64,000 nt of DNA from Mobula hypostoma (lineage: Eukaryota), in assembly GCF_963921235.1 (NCBI RefSeq), contig NC_086097.1:40798001-40862000 (forward strand). Direction: 5' to 3'. Both the position numbers and the translations under genes were made by a program. The notes under the pieces are model-generated. The model had not been told where the DNA came from. It searched no databases and saw only the letters and a list, made by a program, of their open reading frames with translations. Shown in pieces: positions 24,780 through 37,738 of this stretch (position 1 is the first letter of the stretch; each line of letters starts with the position of its first letter).

Positions 24780-27720
24780 AGTATTCTAAAAAAAAACTGA
24801 GCAAAAGGAAAGAATGCACCTTCGCATAACTAATCAGAGTGGCGTTGAGTTGTGATATGAAGTCAGTGGATGGTAATGTTGAATCAGTTTGCGTTAAAAT
24901 AATAAATAGGGAAAGAAGATGTGGGTAGGAAAAGACCCTAAAATGTAACTTCTTGCTAGGGAAGAGCATAAATGGGGAACTATCTGGGATATATTTGAAG
25001 GGAATTGCAACTGTCATGATATATTTTAATATGCTGATCAATTGGGCAAAGTAAACTGGCAGTTGTAAAAGAAGAATTTCTGAAATGTGTGTTACAGAAC
25101 CTATTTGGAACAGGTTATTTAGTATTTGGTCATGTGTAATAAGGAAGGATTAATAAAAGCATTTGTGCTTCAAAGATTCCTTGAACTAAAGCGAATAATA
25201 GTGGTGTGGAAGTAGAGTTATATAAGATAGACTGGACAAATAAACTAGGAGGCAGATAAACAGTAATGGATATTAAAACAGCTGTTCCAGAACACACAGC
25301 AGGAACCTATGCTAATTAGGAAGTGAGGTTCTGAAAGAAAGGGACGCTGTTTATGGTTAACAAAGGTCAATGATAATGTTAATTTGAAAAGTAGGGCACA
25401 CAAAGTGGCAGGGACCACTAGAAGATCAGAGAACTGGTAAGTTTTTTTTCTCGGATCCAGCTGTGAAAGACTAAACAGTTCACAAGAAAAGAGAAAATTG
25501 TCATTTTAGCAAAAAAACTTGCATGTGATATCAAAACAAGCAGTGATAGTTTCAGTGTAGATATAATCAGAATGAAACGGACAAGGTAGGTGTGTGAGAG
25601 AATGAGCTGGTGAATTAATAACAGGAAACAAAGAAGTGGTAGAATATGGGAAATCATTTATTGCATCAGGCTTCAATGTGCAGGGCCATGTAAATATCTG
25701 TAAGATATGTTGGGATAATTTCAAGCAGCAGGAAGAACTAATGAAAAATACAAAATCCCAGTCAAAAATGATAAAGTATTAGAGAAGCCATGGGGCTAAA
25801 GATGGGCAGATCGCTGGGACCTGATAGCTTGCACCCTAGGATTTTAAAGGAAGTGGACCCAGAAATTGTGGACCCCAGTAACTGAAAATTTTCAAAACTT
25901 TCTAAATTCTGGAAAGGTACCAGAATATTGAAAGATAACCATTGTGAGTTCCCGTCTTCAAAAAGGCAAGCAGTTGTAGATTAGATTAGATTTATTAGTC
26001 ACATGCGACACAGCAGATTCAGTGTTCCAAGCGTAGTATTGGTATGGGCTGGAGTGATGGAACTCGTGGAATTCTCAAGCAGCACAGTCTGAAGATGTGG
26101 GGGGTGGGGAGCTGCAAGTGTCACCATGCTTCTGGCTCTAATATAGCATGCCCACAATGTTCAGCTGAACAACACACAGGCCACATGCAAGACAGACAAG
26201 ACACAACAACAGCAAAATAAGTCCCTCCTATCCCCAAACCCTATTGGGGATCTCTGGCTTTCATCTCCAGAGCCCAGTATTGTTGGCAAGATATTCAAGT
26301 CAATAATCAAAGAAGAAAGAATTAGTCATTTAGCAAAACTGACTCTTACTGAACCTATTCAACATGGTTTTATGAAAGGTCAAACATGTTTGACAAATTT
26401 GTTCATCTCCTTTGCAGATGTGGCAGAAGTGGTGGAAAGGAAGCTGTAAGTGCGTAGACTTTCAAAAGGCATTTGTCAAGCTGCCACTTAAAGGGCCAGT
26501 TCAAGAAAATTAAGAGCCCAAGGGTATTGGAGGAATTGTGTTAGCATGGATTGAAAACTGGTTGTCACATCGAAAACAGAGTTGGAGTAAAAGGGTTTTG
26601 ACTGGAGTGATGTAACCTGTGGAATTCCCAATAGATTGGTTTCTGGCACCTAAATGTTTATTATTTATGATTAATTTTCAGGAGGAAGGAACAAAATTTA
26701 AATGTTTCCCAGTTTCATGATGATACGAAAAATAATGTCGGGGCATGTTGTGATGAGGACATTGCAATATCAAAAGATTGAGTCACAATTGCAAGTGTAA
26801 ACCAAATCAGAAAGTCAGGTTCAGGGCAAGTCGATGCGAAGGGGTCCAGGCCGCAGAGCATTTTGAGGCAACTGAACCCAATATTTAGACGATGATTCAG
26901 GCACCGGATCAGATCGAAAAGGTCAGTGTGTCGAGGCCCGAGGCGAAGGTCAGGCCAGTTCAGCTCGCTGCTCAGCTCTGAGCTGAACTAAGGGTTCACG
27001 GACAAATGCTCTTTGTGGACTTCAGTTCTGAATGCTGTTTGCTTGCGTTTACTATTTGCATGATTTGTTTTTTTTCCTGCACATTGGGTTCTTCTTGGTT
27101 TCTTTGGTTCACGGCTGCCTGTTTGGAGGCGAATTTCAAGGTTGTATAATGATGATACGTTCTTTGATGATAAAGGTACTTTGAACTTTGAAACCTGGCA
27201 AATGGAGTTTAATGTGGGGAAGTATAGTCAAGAAGTTTGCTAAGAGTAGTCAAAAGGCACATTATTATTTAAATGGGGAGGATTTGCAAATGAGTGAAGT
27301 TCTGAGGGGTTTAAACATAGTGCAAGACTGACAAAAAGTTAGCGGGCAATGCAGCAGGTAGTTAAAAAGCCAAATGGCACTTTGCTCCTTGTTGCACAAA
27401 GCAGTTGGATTTTAAGAATAGAGGCCACACCCACATTTTTGTGAATAGTTATATTCCCCTTACCTGTAGCAACAAAATAAAGTGTCAGTCATTTCTGAGT
27501 GAGGTGCATAGAAATTTCTTCTATGAGAGCAGTAAATTGCACCTGGTGGATCACTAAGTATATTTAAGGTGGAGAAAGATAAATGTTTGCTGGATAAAGG
27601 AATTGAGGGTCTTGGGGGAATGGCATAGAAGAGGAGTTGAGGCTAGAAAGGATCAGACGTAATTGCATGGAATGGCAGGATAGGCCTGAGGAGTCTGGTG
27701 GCCTATTGTGCTCTTGGGAA
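24780..27720 (+). mobile_element. Ancient, heavily decayed CR1 ORF2 with nested insertions (~25978-26270 and ~26770-27192)
   Basis: Collinear remnants: GGGACCTGATAGCTTGCACCCTAGG (GPD-LHPR), CAACATGGTTTTATGAAAGG (QHGFMK), GACTTTCAAAAGGCATTTG (DFQKAF), GATGATACGAAA, then the 3' UTR. Confidence 0.75.
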
Positions 27721-28064
27721 ACTTTGGTCTTGGAGGAGCCAAATCGTAAGCACAAAAGAATCTGCAGATGCTTGAAATCATGAGTTTTGATAGAGGGTCT
27801 TGGCCTGAAAATTCAATTGTTTATTCCCCTCCAAAGAAACTGCCTAGCTTGCTGAGTTCCTCCAGTACTTTGATCTTGGAAATGAAGCTGACGTCTAATT
27901 TCCTTCCTCCGGTTGATGTAAAAGCTCTCTGAGAGTTCTAGCTGAAGCAGTGTCACTAAAACCAGATTATATACCAAATGTGTTGCCTTCTCTTTGTGAA
28001 ACCTTAACAAGCTAGCAGTTTTCCTTTTAATATGTGAATTAGTTCACTGCAATGCAATCGTTAT

Positions 28065-28361
28065 CATCATATGCTGTGTCTATGATGTAGGCGATATTGT
28101 CTCTTGACCATGATCTTGGCAATTTTTTCTACAGAGTGGCTTGCCATTGCCTTCTTCTGGGCAGTGTCTTTACAAGACAGGTGACCCCAGCCATTAGCCA
28201 TACTCTTCAGAGACTGTCTGAACCATAGGAAGGACTTGATATGTACCAGCTACTCTGATAGGCATCCAGCACCTGTTCCCATAGGTTCACATGAACCTCA
28301 TCGTGGGGCTAAGCAGGTGCTACACCTTGCCCAACGGTGACCTGCAGGCTAGTGGAGGGAA
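28065..28361 (-). mobile_element. RTE-tailed SINE-like element, 3' part (continues at 31651-31705)
   Basis: The - strand reads GAAGAAGGCAATGGCAAGCCACTCTGTAG..TTGCCAAG, which resembles RTE/BovB-type 3' tails. The sequence is interrupted at GGAGGGAA|GGAGCAC by the CR1. Confidence 0.6.
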
Positions 28362-30083
28362 ACATAGAAAATAGTTGCAGGAGTAGGCCATTCGGCCCTT
28401 CGAGCCTGCACCACCATTCAGTATGATCATGGCTGATCATCCAACTCAGAACCCTGTACCAGCCTTCCCTCCATACCCCCTGATCCCTTTAGCCACAAGG
28501 GCCATATCTAACTCCCTCTTAAATATAGCCAATGAGCTGGCCTCAACTGTTTCCTGTGGCAGAGAATTCCACAGATTCACCACTCTCTGTGTGAAGAAGT
28601 TTTTCCTAATCTCGGTCCTAAAAGGCTTCCCCTTTATCCTCAAACTGTGACCCCTCGTTCTGGACTTCCCCAACATCGGGAACAATCTTCCTGCATCTAG
28701 CCTGTCCGATCCCTTTAGGATTTTATACGTTTCAATCAGATTCCCCCCTCAATCTTCTAAATTCCAAAGAGTATAAGCCTAGTTGATCCAGTCTTTCATC
28801 ATATGAAAGTCCTGCCATCCCAGGAATCAATCTGGTGAACCTTCTTTGTATTCCCTCTATGGCAAGGATGTCTTTCCTCAGATTAGGGGACCAAAACTGC
28901 ACACAATACTCCAGGTGTGGTCTCACCAAGGCCTTGTACAACTGCAGTAGTACCTCCCTGCTCCTGTACTCGAATCCTCTTGCTATGAATGCCAGCATAC
29001 CATTCGCCTTTTTCACCACCTGCTGTACCTGCATGCCCACTTTCAATGACTGGTGTATAATGACACCCAGGTCTCGTTGCACCTCCCCTTTTCCTAATTG
29101 GCCACCATTCAGATAATAATCTGTTTTCCTGTTGTTGCCACCAAAGTGGATAACCTCACATTTATCCACATTAAATTGCATCTGCCATGAATTTGCCCAC
29201 TCATCTAACCTATCCAAGTCACCCTGCATCCTCTTAGCATCCTCCTCACAGCTAACACTGCCGCCCAGCTTCGTGTCATCCGCAAACTTGGAGATGCTGC
29301 ATTTAATTCCCTCATCTAAGTCATTAATATATATTGTAAACAACTGGGGTTCCAGCACTGAGCCTTGCGGTACCCCACTAGTCACTGCCTGCCATTCTGA
29401 AAAGGTCCCGTTTATTCCCACTCTTTGCTTCCTGTCTGCCAACCAATTCTCTATCCACATCAATATCTTACCCCCAATACCGTGTGCTTTAAGTTTGCAC
29501 ACTAATCTCCTGTGTGGGACCTTGTCAAAAGTCTTTTGAAAATCCAAATATACCACATCCACCGGTTCTCCCCTATTCACTCTACTAGTTACATCCTCAA
29601 AAAATTCTATGAGATTCGTCAGACATGAGTTTCCTTTCACAAATCCATGCTGACTTTGTCCAACGATTTCACCGCTTTCCAAATGCGCTGTTATCACATC
29701 TTTGATAACTGACTCTAGCATTTTCCCCACCACTGATGTTAGGCTAACCGGTCTATCATTTCTCTCTCCCTCCTTTTTTAAAAAGTGGGGTTACATTAGC
29801 CACCCTCCACTCCTCAGGAACTAGTCCAGAATCTAAAGAGTTTTGAAAAATTATCACTAATGCATCCACTATTTCTTGGGTACTTCCTTAAGCACTCTGG
29901 GATGCAGACCATCTGGCCCTGGGGATTTATCTGCCTTTAATCCCTTCAATTTACCTAACACCACTTCCCTACTAACATGTATTTGCCTCAGTTCCTCCAT
30001 CTCACTGGACGCTCTATCCTCTACTATTTTCGGAAGATTATTTATGTCCTCCTTAGTGAAGACAGAACCAAAGTAGTTATTCA
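28360..30083 (-). mobile_element. CR1 LINE, 3' (non-inverted) segment: RT and 3' UTR
   Basis: ORFs 29869..30084, 28732..29733 and 28446..28685. Highly similar to 17458-19180. Confidence 0.95.
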
Positions 30084-31653
30084 TTGGGACCTCTTTTGGC
30101 GCAGGTATGACCTGTACAAAAAGGACGGGTTACACTTGAATCCTAGGGGGACCAATATCCTGATGGGGAGATTTGCGAGGGCTACTGGGGTGACTTTAAA
30201 CTAGAGTGGTTGGAGGGTGGGAATCAAAGTAAAGAGACTAGGAGAGAGGAGGTTAGTTCACAACAGGGTGATGGGAACAAGTGCAGAGAGACAGAAGGGT
30301 GTAAAATGAGGGTAGAAGCTAAAAGTAGTAAGGTGGAAAGTAAAAGTGGCAGGCTGGCAAATCCAGGGCAAAGATCAAAAAGGGCCACTTTTCAACATAA
30401 TTGTATAAGGGCTAAGAGTGTCATAAAAGTGAGCCTCGAGGCTTTGTGTGTCAATGCAAGGAGCATTCGTAACAAGGTGGATGAATTAAAAGTGCAGATT
30501 GTTATTAATGAATATGATATAGTTGGGATCACAGAGACATGGCTCCAGGGTGACCAAGGATGTGAGCTCAACATTCAGGGATATTCAATATTCAAGAGGG
30601 ATAGACATGAAAGGAAAGAAGGTGGGGTAGCATTGCTGGTAAGAGAGGAGATTAACGCAATAGAAAGGAAGGACATTAGTTGGGAGGATGTGGAATCGAT
30701 ATGGGTAGAGCTGCATAACACTAAGGGGCAGAAAACGCTGGTGGGAGCTGTGTACAGGCCACCTAACAGTAGTAGTGAGGTTGGGGATGGTATTAAACAG
30801 GAAATTAGAAATGCGTGCAATAAAGCAACAGCAGTTATAATGGGTGGCTTCAATCTACATATAGATTGGGTGAACCAAATTGGTAAGGGTGCTGAGGAAG
30901 AGGATTTCTTGGAATGTATGCGGGATGGTTTTTTGAACCAACATGTCAAGGAACCAACTAGAGAGCAGGCTATTCTAGACTGGGTATTGAGCAATGAGGA
31001 AGGGTTAATTAGCAATCTTGTTGTGAGAGGCCCCTTGGGTAAGAGTGACCATAATATGGTGGAATTCTTCATTAAGATAGAGAGTGACATAGTTAATTCA
31101 GAAACAAAGGTTCTGAACTTAAAGAAGGGTAACTTTGAAGGTATGAGACATGAATTAGCTAAGATAGACTGACAAATGACACTTAAAGGGTTGACGGTGG
31201 ATATGCAATGGCAGGCATTTAAAGATCGCATGGATGAACTATTAAGAATTGTTCATCCCAGTTTGGCAAAAGAATAAATCAGGGAAGGTAGTGCACCCGT
31301 GGCTGACAAGGGAAATTAGGGATAGTTTCCATTCCAAAGAAGAAGCATACAAATTAGCCAGAAAAAGTGGCTCACCTGAGGACTGGGAGAAATTCAGAGT
31401 CCAGCAGAGGAGGAGAAAGGGCTTAATTAGGAAAGGGAAAAAAGATTATGAGAGAAAACTGGCAGGGAACATAAAAACTGACTGTAACAACTTTTATAGA
31501 TATGTGAAAAGAAAAACATTGGTTAAGACAAATGTAGGTCCCCTACAGACAGAAACAAGTGAATTGATTATGGGGAGCAAGGACATGGTAGACCAATTGA
31601 ATAACTACTTTGGTTCTGTCTTCACTAAGGAGGACATAAATAATCTTCCAGAA
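30081..31653 (+). mobile_element. CR1 LINE, inverted 5' segment: ORF1 esterase C-terminus, ORF1/ORF2 junction and endonuclease
   Basis: HWDLFWRRYDLYKKDGLHLNPRG..TLN*, then ORF 30210..31172 (NARSIRNK, ITETWL, YRPP, SDHN) and 31249 onward to [11 protein letters not shown]. Confidence 0.95.
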
Positions 31654-31711
31654 GGAGCACCCTATCCTTCATTTGGTAGGGATGTATCTTCACCCCGCCA
31701 CCCACAATGTA

Positions 31712-31950
31712 ATGCAACAAATAACCTGTTGGAGAAACTGAACATGTTGAGCAGCATCTGTAAGGGCAGAGAGAATGTTGATGTTTTGGATCAAAACCCA
31801 GCATGCGGACAGGTGCAGGGTTGTTTTCCTGATGCAGCCATTTGACCCAAAATATCAGCAGTTCATTTCATCTCACAAATACTGCTTGACCAGCTGAGTT
31901 TCCCCAGCAGATTATTTGTTGCTCCTCATTCCAGATTCTGCAGCCCCTTG
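31712..31950. mobile_element. Palindromic (MITE-like) unit built from two inverted PLE terminal repeats
   Basis: GCAACAAATAACCTGTTGGAGAAACT pairs with AGTTTCCCCAGCAGATTATTTGTTGC. Decayed CTGATG..CCCAAAA hammerhead-like centre. Confidence 0.65.
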
Positions 31951-32689
31951 TATTTCCATTAGAATGCAATATGTGGTTGTAAAATACTGAGGCATAACTT
32001 TGTAACATGATGAGACTTCAAGCAATTGTAAATTATTTGTTCTTGACCTAGTACTGATTATACACATATTCAAACAAATGTTCACATTCTGGTTGGCTGC
32101 AGTTGGCTCAAAGTATTGTCCTTGTCTGTAGATTATCTCTCAGTTTCATTTAAAATAATCCAGTGTATTTGTAAAGCATGTTAGTCAAAGAAAATTGCCT
32201 ACAAGTAAAGTGGCCAATTGTAAACTGATAGTAAGTGAGTTGGCTTGGGTTTGCCAATGGGGTGGAAACTTGCTTATGTCATGCAAATTTGCTTCGCCCT
32301 GTATGGATAGTGCATGAAGTGCATTTTATTAAACATGGGCAGGTAAGAGCAAAGATCAAATTTGATTGAAACTTTTGGCAGCAATAAATTTTCTTGGCAT
32401 GATAAAATGAAATTGTTGGATATTCTCTGTTTTAAAGGAGGTGGCTGCAAAGATAGTAGACCACAATATATGGTATTTTTATTGTAGTCTGATTCTAGAA
32501 CTCCAGGTGTTCAGTCGTGAATAGACTATAATTAAAATTATTCTAGAATTCTGGAATTATTAACTTATTATATAGAAAAAGGCCATTCTCCCCATCAGGT
32601 CTGTGCTGATGATCATTGGAGTAATCCCATAACCCCATTCTCCTCCTCGCTTCCCCCCGTTCATCCCTTTTCCTAACCACTAATAAAAC

Positions 32690-35250
32690 CATAAGACTAT
32701 AAGATATAGGAGCAGAAGTAGGCCATTTGACCCATCGAGTCTGCTCCGCCAGTCTATCATGGGCTGATCCAATTCTTCCAGTCATTCCCACTCCCCTGCC
32801 TTCACGTAATACACCTTGACTAATCAAGAACCTATCCATCTTTGCGTTAAATACACCCAATGACTTGACCTCCACAGTCGCTCATAACAACAAGTTCCAC
32901 AGATTTACCCCCCTCTGAATGAAGTAATTTCTCTACATCTCAGTTCTAAATGGACGTCCTCAATCCTGAAGCTGTGCCCTCTTGTCCTGGAATCCCCTAT
33001 CATGGGAAGTAACTTCGCCATATCTAATCTGTTCAGGCCTTTTAACATTCAGAATGTTTCTATGAGAGCCTTCCTCATTCTCCTTAACTCCAGGGAATAC
33101 AGCCCAAGAGCTGCCAGATGTTCCTCATACAGTAACCCTTTCACTCCTGGAATCATTCTTGTGAATCTTCTCTGAACCCTCTCCAATGTCAGTATATCCT
33201 TTCTAAAATAAGGAGCTCAAAACTGCACACAATACTTCAAGTATGGTCTCACGAGTGCCTTATGCAGCCTCAACATCACATCCCTGCTCTTATATTCAAT
33301 ATCTCTAGAAATGAATGCCAACATTGCATTCGCCTTCTTCACAACCGACTCAACCTGGAGGTTAACCTTTAGGCTATCTTGCACAAGGACATCCAAGCCC
33401 CTTTGCATATCTGCGTTTTGAATTCTCCCCCCATCTAAATAAGTCTGCCCGTTTATTTCTTCCACCAAAGTGCATGACCATACACTTTCCAACATTGTAT
33501 TTCATTTGCCTCTTCTTTGCCCATCCCCCCCAAACTATCTAAGTCTCTCTGCAGGCTCTCTGTTTCCTCAACTCAACCCACTCCTCCACCTATCTTTGTA
33601 TCATCGGCAAATTTAGCCACAAATCCAGTAATCCCATAGTCCAAATCATTGACATACATCGTAAAAAGCAGCAGTCCTCAACACTGACCCCTGTGGAACT
33701 CCACTGGTAACCGGCAGCCTTACAGAATAGGATCCCTTTATTCCCACTCTCATTTTCTGCCGACCAGCCAATGCTCCACCCATGCTAGTTCCCTGAAGCT
33801 TCACTTCCCTGAAACTCTTGAATGTCCGGTATACTGCAGATGTCTAACGCTGTAAAGACAGATGCAAAATACATATTTAGTTCATCTGCCATCTCTGCAT
33901 CTCTCATTACAATGTCTCCAGCGTCATTTTATATTGGTCCTATATCTACCCTCAACACTCTTTTACCCTTTATATACTTAAAAAATCTTTTAGTATCTTC
34001 TTTGATATTTGTCACCAGTTCCTTTCATAATTCATCTTTTCCTTCCTAATGACTTTCTTATTTTCCTTCTGCAAGTTTTTGAAAGCTTCCCAATCCTTTA
34101 TCTTCCCACTAACTCTGGCTTCCTTGTATGCCCTCTCTTTTGCTTTTACTTTGGCTCTGACTTCACCTGTCAGCCTTGGTAGTGTCCTTCTTCCATTCGA
34201 AAATTTTTATTTGGAATATATCTGTCTTGCACTTCCCTCATTTTTTGCAGAAATTCCAGCTATTGCTGCTCTGCTGTCCTTCCTGCTAGTGTCCCTTTCC
34301 AGTCAACTTTGGCCAGTTCCCCTCTCATGCCATTGTAATTTCCTTTGTTCCACTGAAATACTGGGTTCCAGGTTCTATATAACTGAAGATTTCAAATATA
34401 GAATAGACATACAGGGGAATTTATTTAGCCAGAGGGTGGTGAATCTGTGGAATTCATTGCCACAGGCAGCTGTAGAGGCCAAGTCATTGGGTATATTTAA
34501 AGCGGAACTTGGTAAGTTCTTGATCAGTAAGGGTGTTAAAGGTTATGGGAGAAGACAAGCAAATGGAGTTGAGAGGGAAAATAAATCAGCCATGATTGAA
34601 TGGTAGAGCAGACTCAATGGTTTGAAGATCATAATTCTCCTGTTATGTCTTATGGTTTTATGGTCTAGTGGTGCAAGAATAGCATAAAATAATTATTCAG
34701 TTCATCCACCATTTCTATGTTCACCATTACTCCTCTCCAATGTCTTTTTCCAGTGGTCTGATGTCCGCTCTTGCCTCTCTTTTGCTCTTCATGTATCTGA
34801 AAAGCTTTTAGTATCCTCTTTTATATTCTTCATTAGCTTATCTTCATGTTTCATCTTTTCTCTCGTTATTGCTTTTATAGGTGCCTACTGTTAGTTTTTT
34901 AAAGATTCCCAATCCTGCTAATTTTTGCTATATTTTATGCCCTCTCTTTGTTTTTATACTGTCCATGACTTCCATTGCCAGCCATGGGTGCCTCATCCTC
35001 CCTTTAGAATGATTCCTCTTCTTTGGGATGAACTCATCCTGTATCTTCCGAATTACTCCCAGAAACTTCAGCAATTGCTGCTCTATCATTATCCAAGATA
35101 GTGTCCTCTTCCAACCAATGTTGGCCGCTCCACACTGTGCACCTTTAGTTAGCTTTACTCAACTATAGTACAGATACATCCATGTTTAGCTTTTCCCTCT
35201 CAAACTGCAAGGTGAACCCTGTCATAGTATGATGACTACCTCCTAAAGAC
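32690..35250 (-). mobile_element. Mosaic of CR1 fragments (- strand) containing a + strand CR1 3' end at ~34410-34665
   Basis: ORF 33217..33495 contains [24 protein letters not shown] remnant at ~33690. + strand ORF end GNLFSQRVVNLWNSLPQ. Confidence 0.8.
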
Positions 35251-36235
35251 ACAAGCACAAGAGGTTCTGCAGATGCTGGAAATCCAGGACAACGCATTCC
35301 AAATGCTGGTGGAGCTCACCAGGTCAGGCAGCATCTATGGAAGGGAATAACTACTGACTTTTTGGGCAGAGACCTTTCATCAGAACTGGAAAGGAAGCAG
35401 GCAGAAGCCAGAGTAAGAAGTTGGGGGAGGGTGAGGAGTACAAGTTGGCAAGTAGCAGGTGAAACCAAGTGGGTGGGCAGGGGAGGGAATGAGGTGAGAA
35501 GCTGGGAAATGATGTGGAAAAGCTAAAGGGCTGAAGAAGGAGGAAAATAATAGGAGAGGAGAGCAGACAGACCCTGATAGAAAAGAAAGTAGGAGGGGCA
35601 CTAGAGGGAGGTGATTTGCAGGTGAAGAGAAGAGATGGGGTTGAGGGTAAGAGGGGAACCAGAATGGGGAATGGGAAAAGAGAGAAGGGGAGTAGGCAGA
35701 AATTAACAAAAGTTAGAAAAAATCTATGTTTATGCCATTGGGTTGGACGCTACCTAAATGGAACATGAGGCTTTGCTACTTCAGCTTGAGTGAGGCATCA
35801 TCATGGCAGTAGAGGAGGCCATGGACTAACATGTTGGAAATGAAATGGAATGTACAATTTAAATGGCTGGGCCCTGGGAAATCCAGCATGTTGTTGCAGA
35901 CGGACTGAAGTTGGTCGACAGAAAGGTCATCCAGTTTACCTTGGGTCTCACTGTTGTAGAGGAGGCCACACTGGGAGCACCTCATACTGTATATAATCAC
36001 GACAGGCTTGCAACTGAAGTGTTGTCGCACCTGGAAGGTCTGTTTGAGAGCCTGGTTTAGTGGTGATGGAGCAGGTGTAGTACATGTCCCACTTGTAAGC
36101 ATAAGTGCCAGGAGGGAGATCAGTGGGGAGGGACGAGTGGACAAGGGAGTCGCATAGAGAGTGAAGCATGTGGAAAGTAGAAATTGGGGGGAGGGACAGA
36201 TATGTTTAGTGGCAGGATTCTGTTGAAGATCATGG
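35248..36235 (-). mobile_element. PLE fragment: Cys-rich linker, GIY-YIG endonuclease and terminal repeat
   Basis: ORFs 35948..36169 (PGTYAYKWDMYYTCS) and 35776..36144 (QVRQHFSC..IIYSMRCSQCGLLYNSET). The - strand has CAGTTCTGATGAAAGGTCTCTGCCC. Confidence 0.85.
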
Positions 36236-36852
36236 AAAGTACTACCTCTTAAAGGTTCCCTTACCTTTATGAAGGATATTCAACATCCAGGGGCAGGCCA
36301 AAGGGCCTTCTTCTTTTGACAAGCTCAGCTTTCTAAACATAGCTGCTGTAAGCTTCTAAAGATCAAAGTATTGTATTAAAGTGAGTTAAACTTCCAACTA
36401 ACATTCTTTATTTAGCTTCTTGTTGAGCACAGGAGTCATTCTTCAGTTCTTAATGTAAGTGCAAGCAACAATCATTCTAAAGTTAAAAGAACAGCTTTGC
36501 AAACAGACAACATTGCCTATAGATCGATATATATTGTCCACAGATCGAGGCTAACTGCTTGAGAGATGCAATGTAAAACACTGGGTAGTGCTATTTGGCT
36601 TGAATCAATCCAGACAACTCTGGCTAGGTTGTTTAGTTCAAAGAAGCTTGCAGACCTGATTGATTTTATTGCTTAGCATATCAAATAGCTTATCTATTAA
36701 CAGTTGGAACATTTGTATATTCAGGGAGTCAGCATGCACAGCTTAATTGTGGGTTTCTGGGATAGCTGGCCCCAGAAGCTTTTAGGCAGTTTGTGTAAAA
36801 AAACTATCTGAAAAAAAATGTCACGTGTGATATCACTGAAGTGGCAAAAAAC

Positions 36853-37738
36853 TTCTACAAATTTGCTGATGATACAACCATTGTTGGTAGAATCTCAGGT
36901 GGTGACGAGAGGGTGTACAGGAGCGAGATATGCCAACTAGTGGAATGGTGCCACAGCAGCAACCTGGCACTCAACATCAGTAAGACAAAAGAGCTGATTG
37001 TGGACTCCACGAAGCGTAAGATGAAGGAACACATCCCAATCCTCATAGAGGGATCAGAAGTGGAGAGAGTGAGCAGCTTCAAGATCCTGGGTGTCAAGAT
37101 CTCTGAGGATCTAACCTGGTCCCAACATATTGATGTTGTCATAAAGAAGGCAAGACAGCGGCTATACTTTATTAGGAGTTCGAAGCAATTTGGCATGTCG
37201 ATAAATACACTCAAAAACTTTTATAGCTGTACCATGGAGAGCATTCTGACAGGCTGCATCACTGTCTGGTATGGAGGGGCTACTGCACAGGACTAAAAGA
37301 AGCTGCAGGAGGTTGTAAATCTTGTCAGATCCATCTTGGGCACTAGCCTACAAAGTACCCGGGACATCTTTAGGGAGTGGTGTCTCAGAAAGGCAGCACC
37401 CATTATTAAAGACTTCCAGCACCCGGGGCATGCCCTTTTCTCACTGTTACCGTTAGGTAGGAGGTACAGAAGCCTGGAGGCATGCACTGAATGATTCAGG
37501 AACAGCTTCTTCCCCTCTGCCATCTGATTCCTAAATGGACTTTGAAGCTTTGGACACTACCTCACTTGAATAATGTATTCAATATACATAATTGATTTAC
37601 TTGTTTATTTATTATGTTTTATTTTATTTTTTATTTTTTTTCTCTCTCTCTGCTCGATTATGTATTGCATTGAACTGCTGCTGCTAAGGTAACAAATTTT
37701 ACGCCACATGCCGGTGATAATAAACCTGATTCTGATTC
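36853..37738 (+). mobile_element. Rex-Babar-like LINE 3' fragment
   Basis: ORF 36841..37296 contains YKFADDTTIVG, LNISKTKELIVD, KARQRLYF and ESILTGCITVWYG. Tail GATAATAAACCTGATTCTGATTC. Confidence 0.85.
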
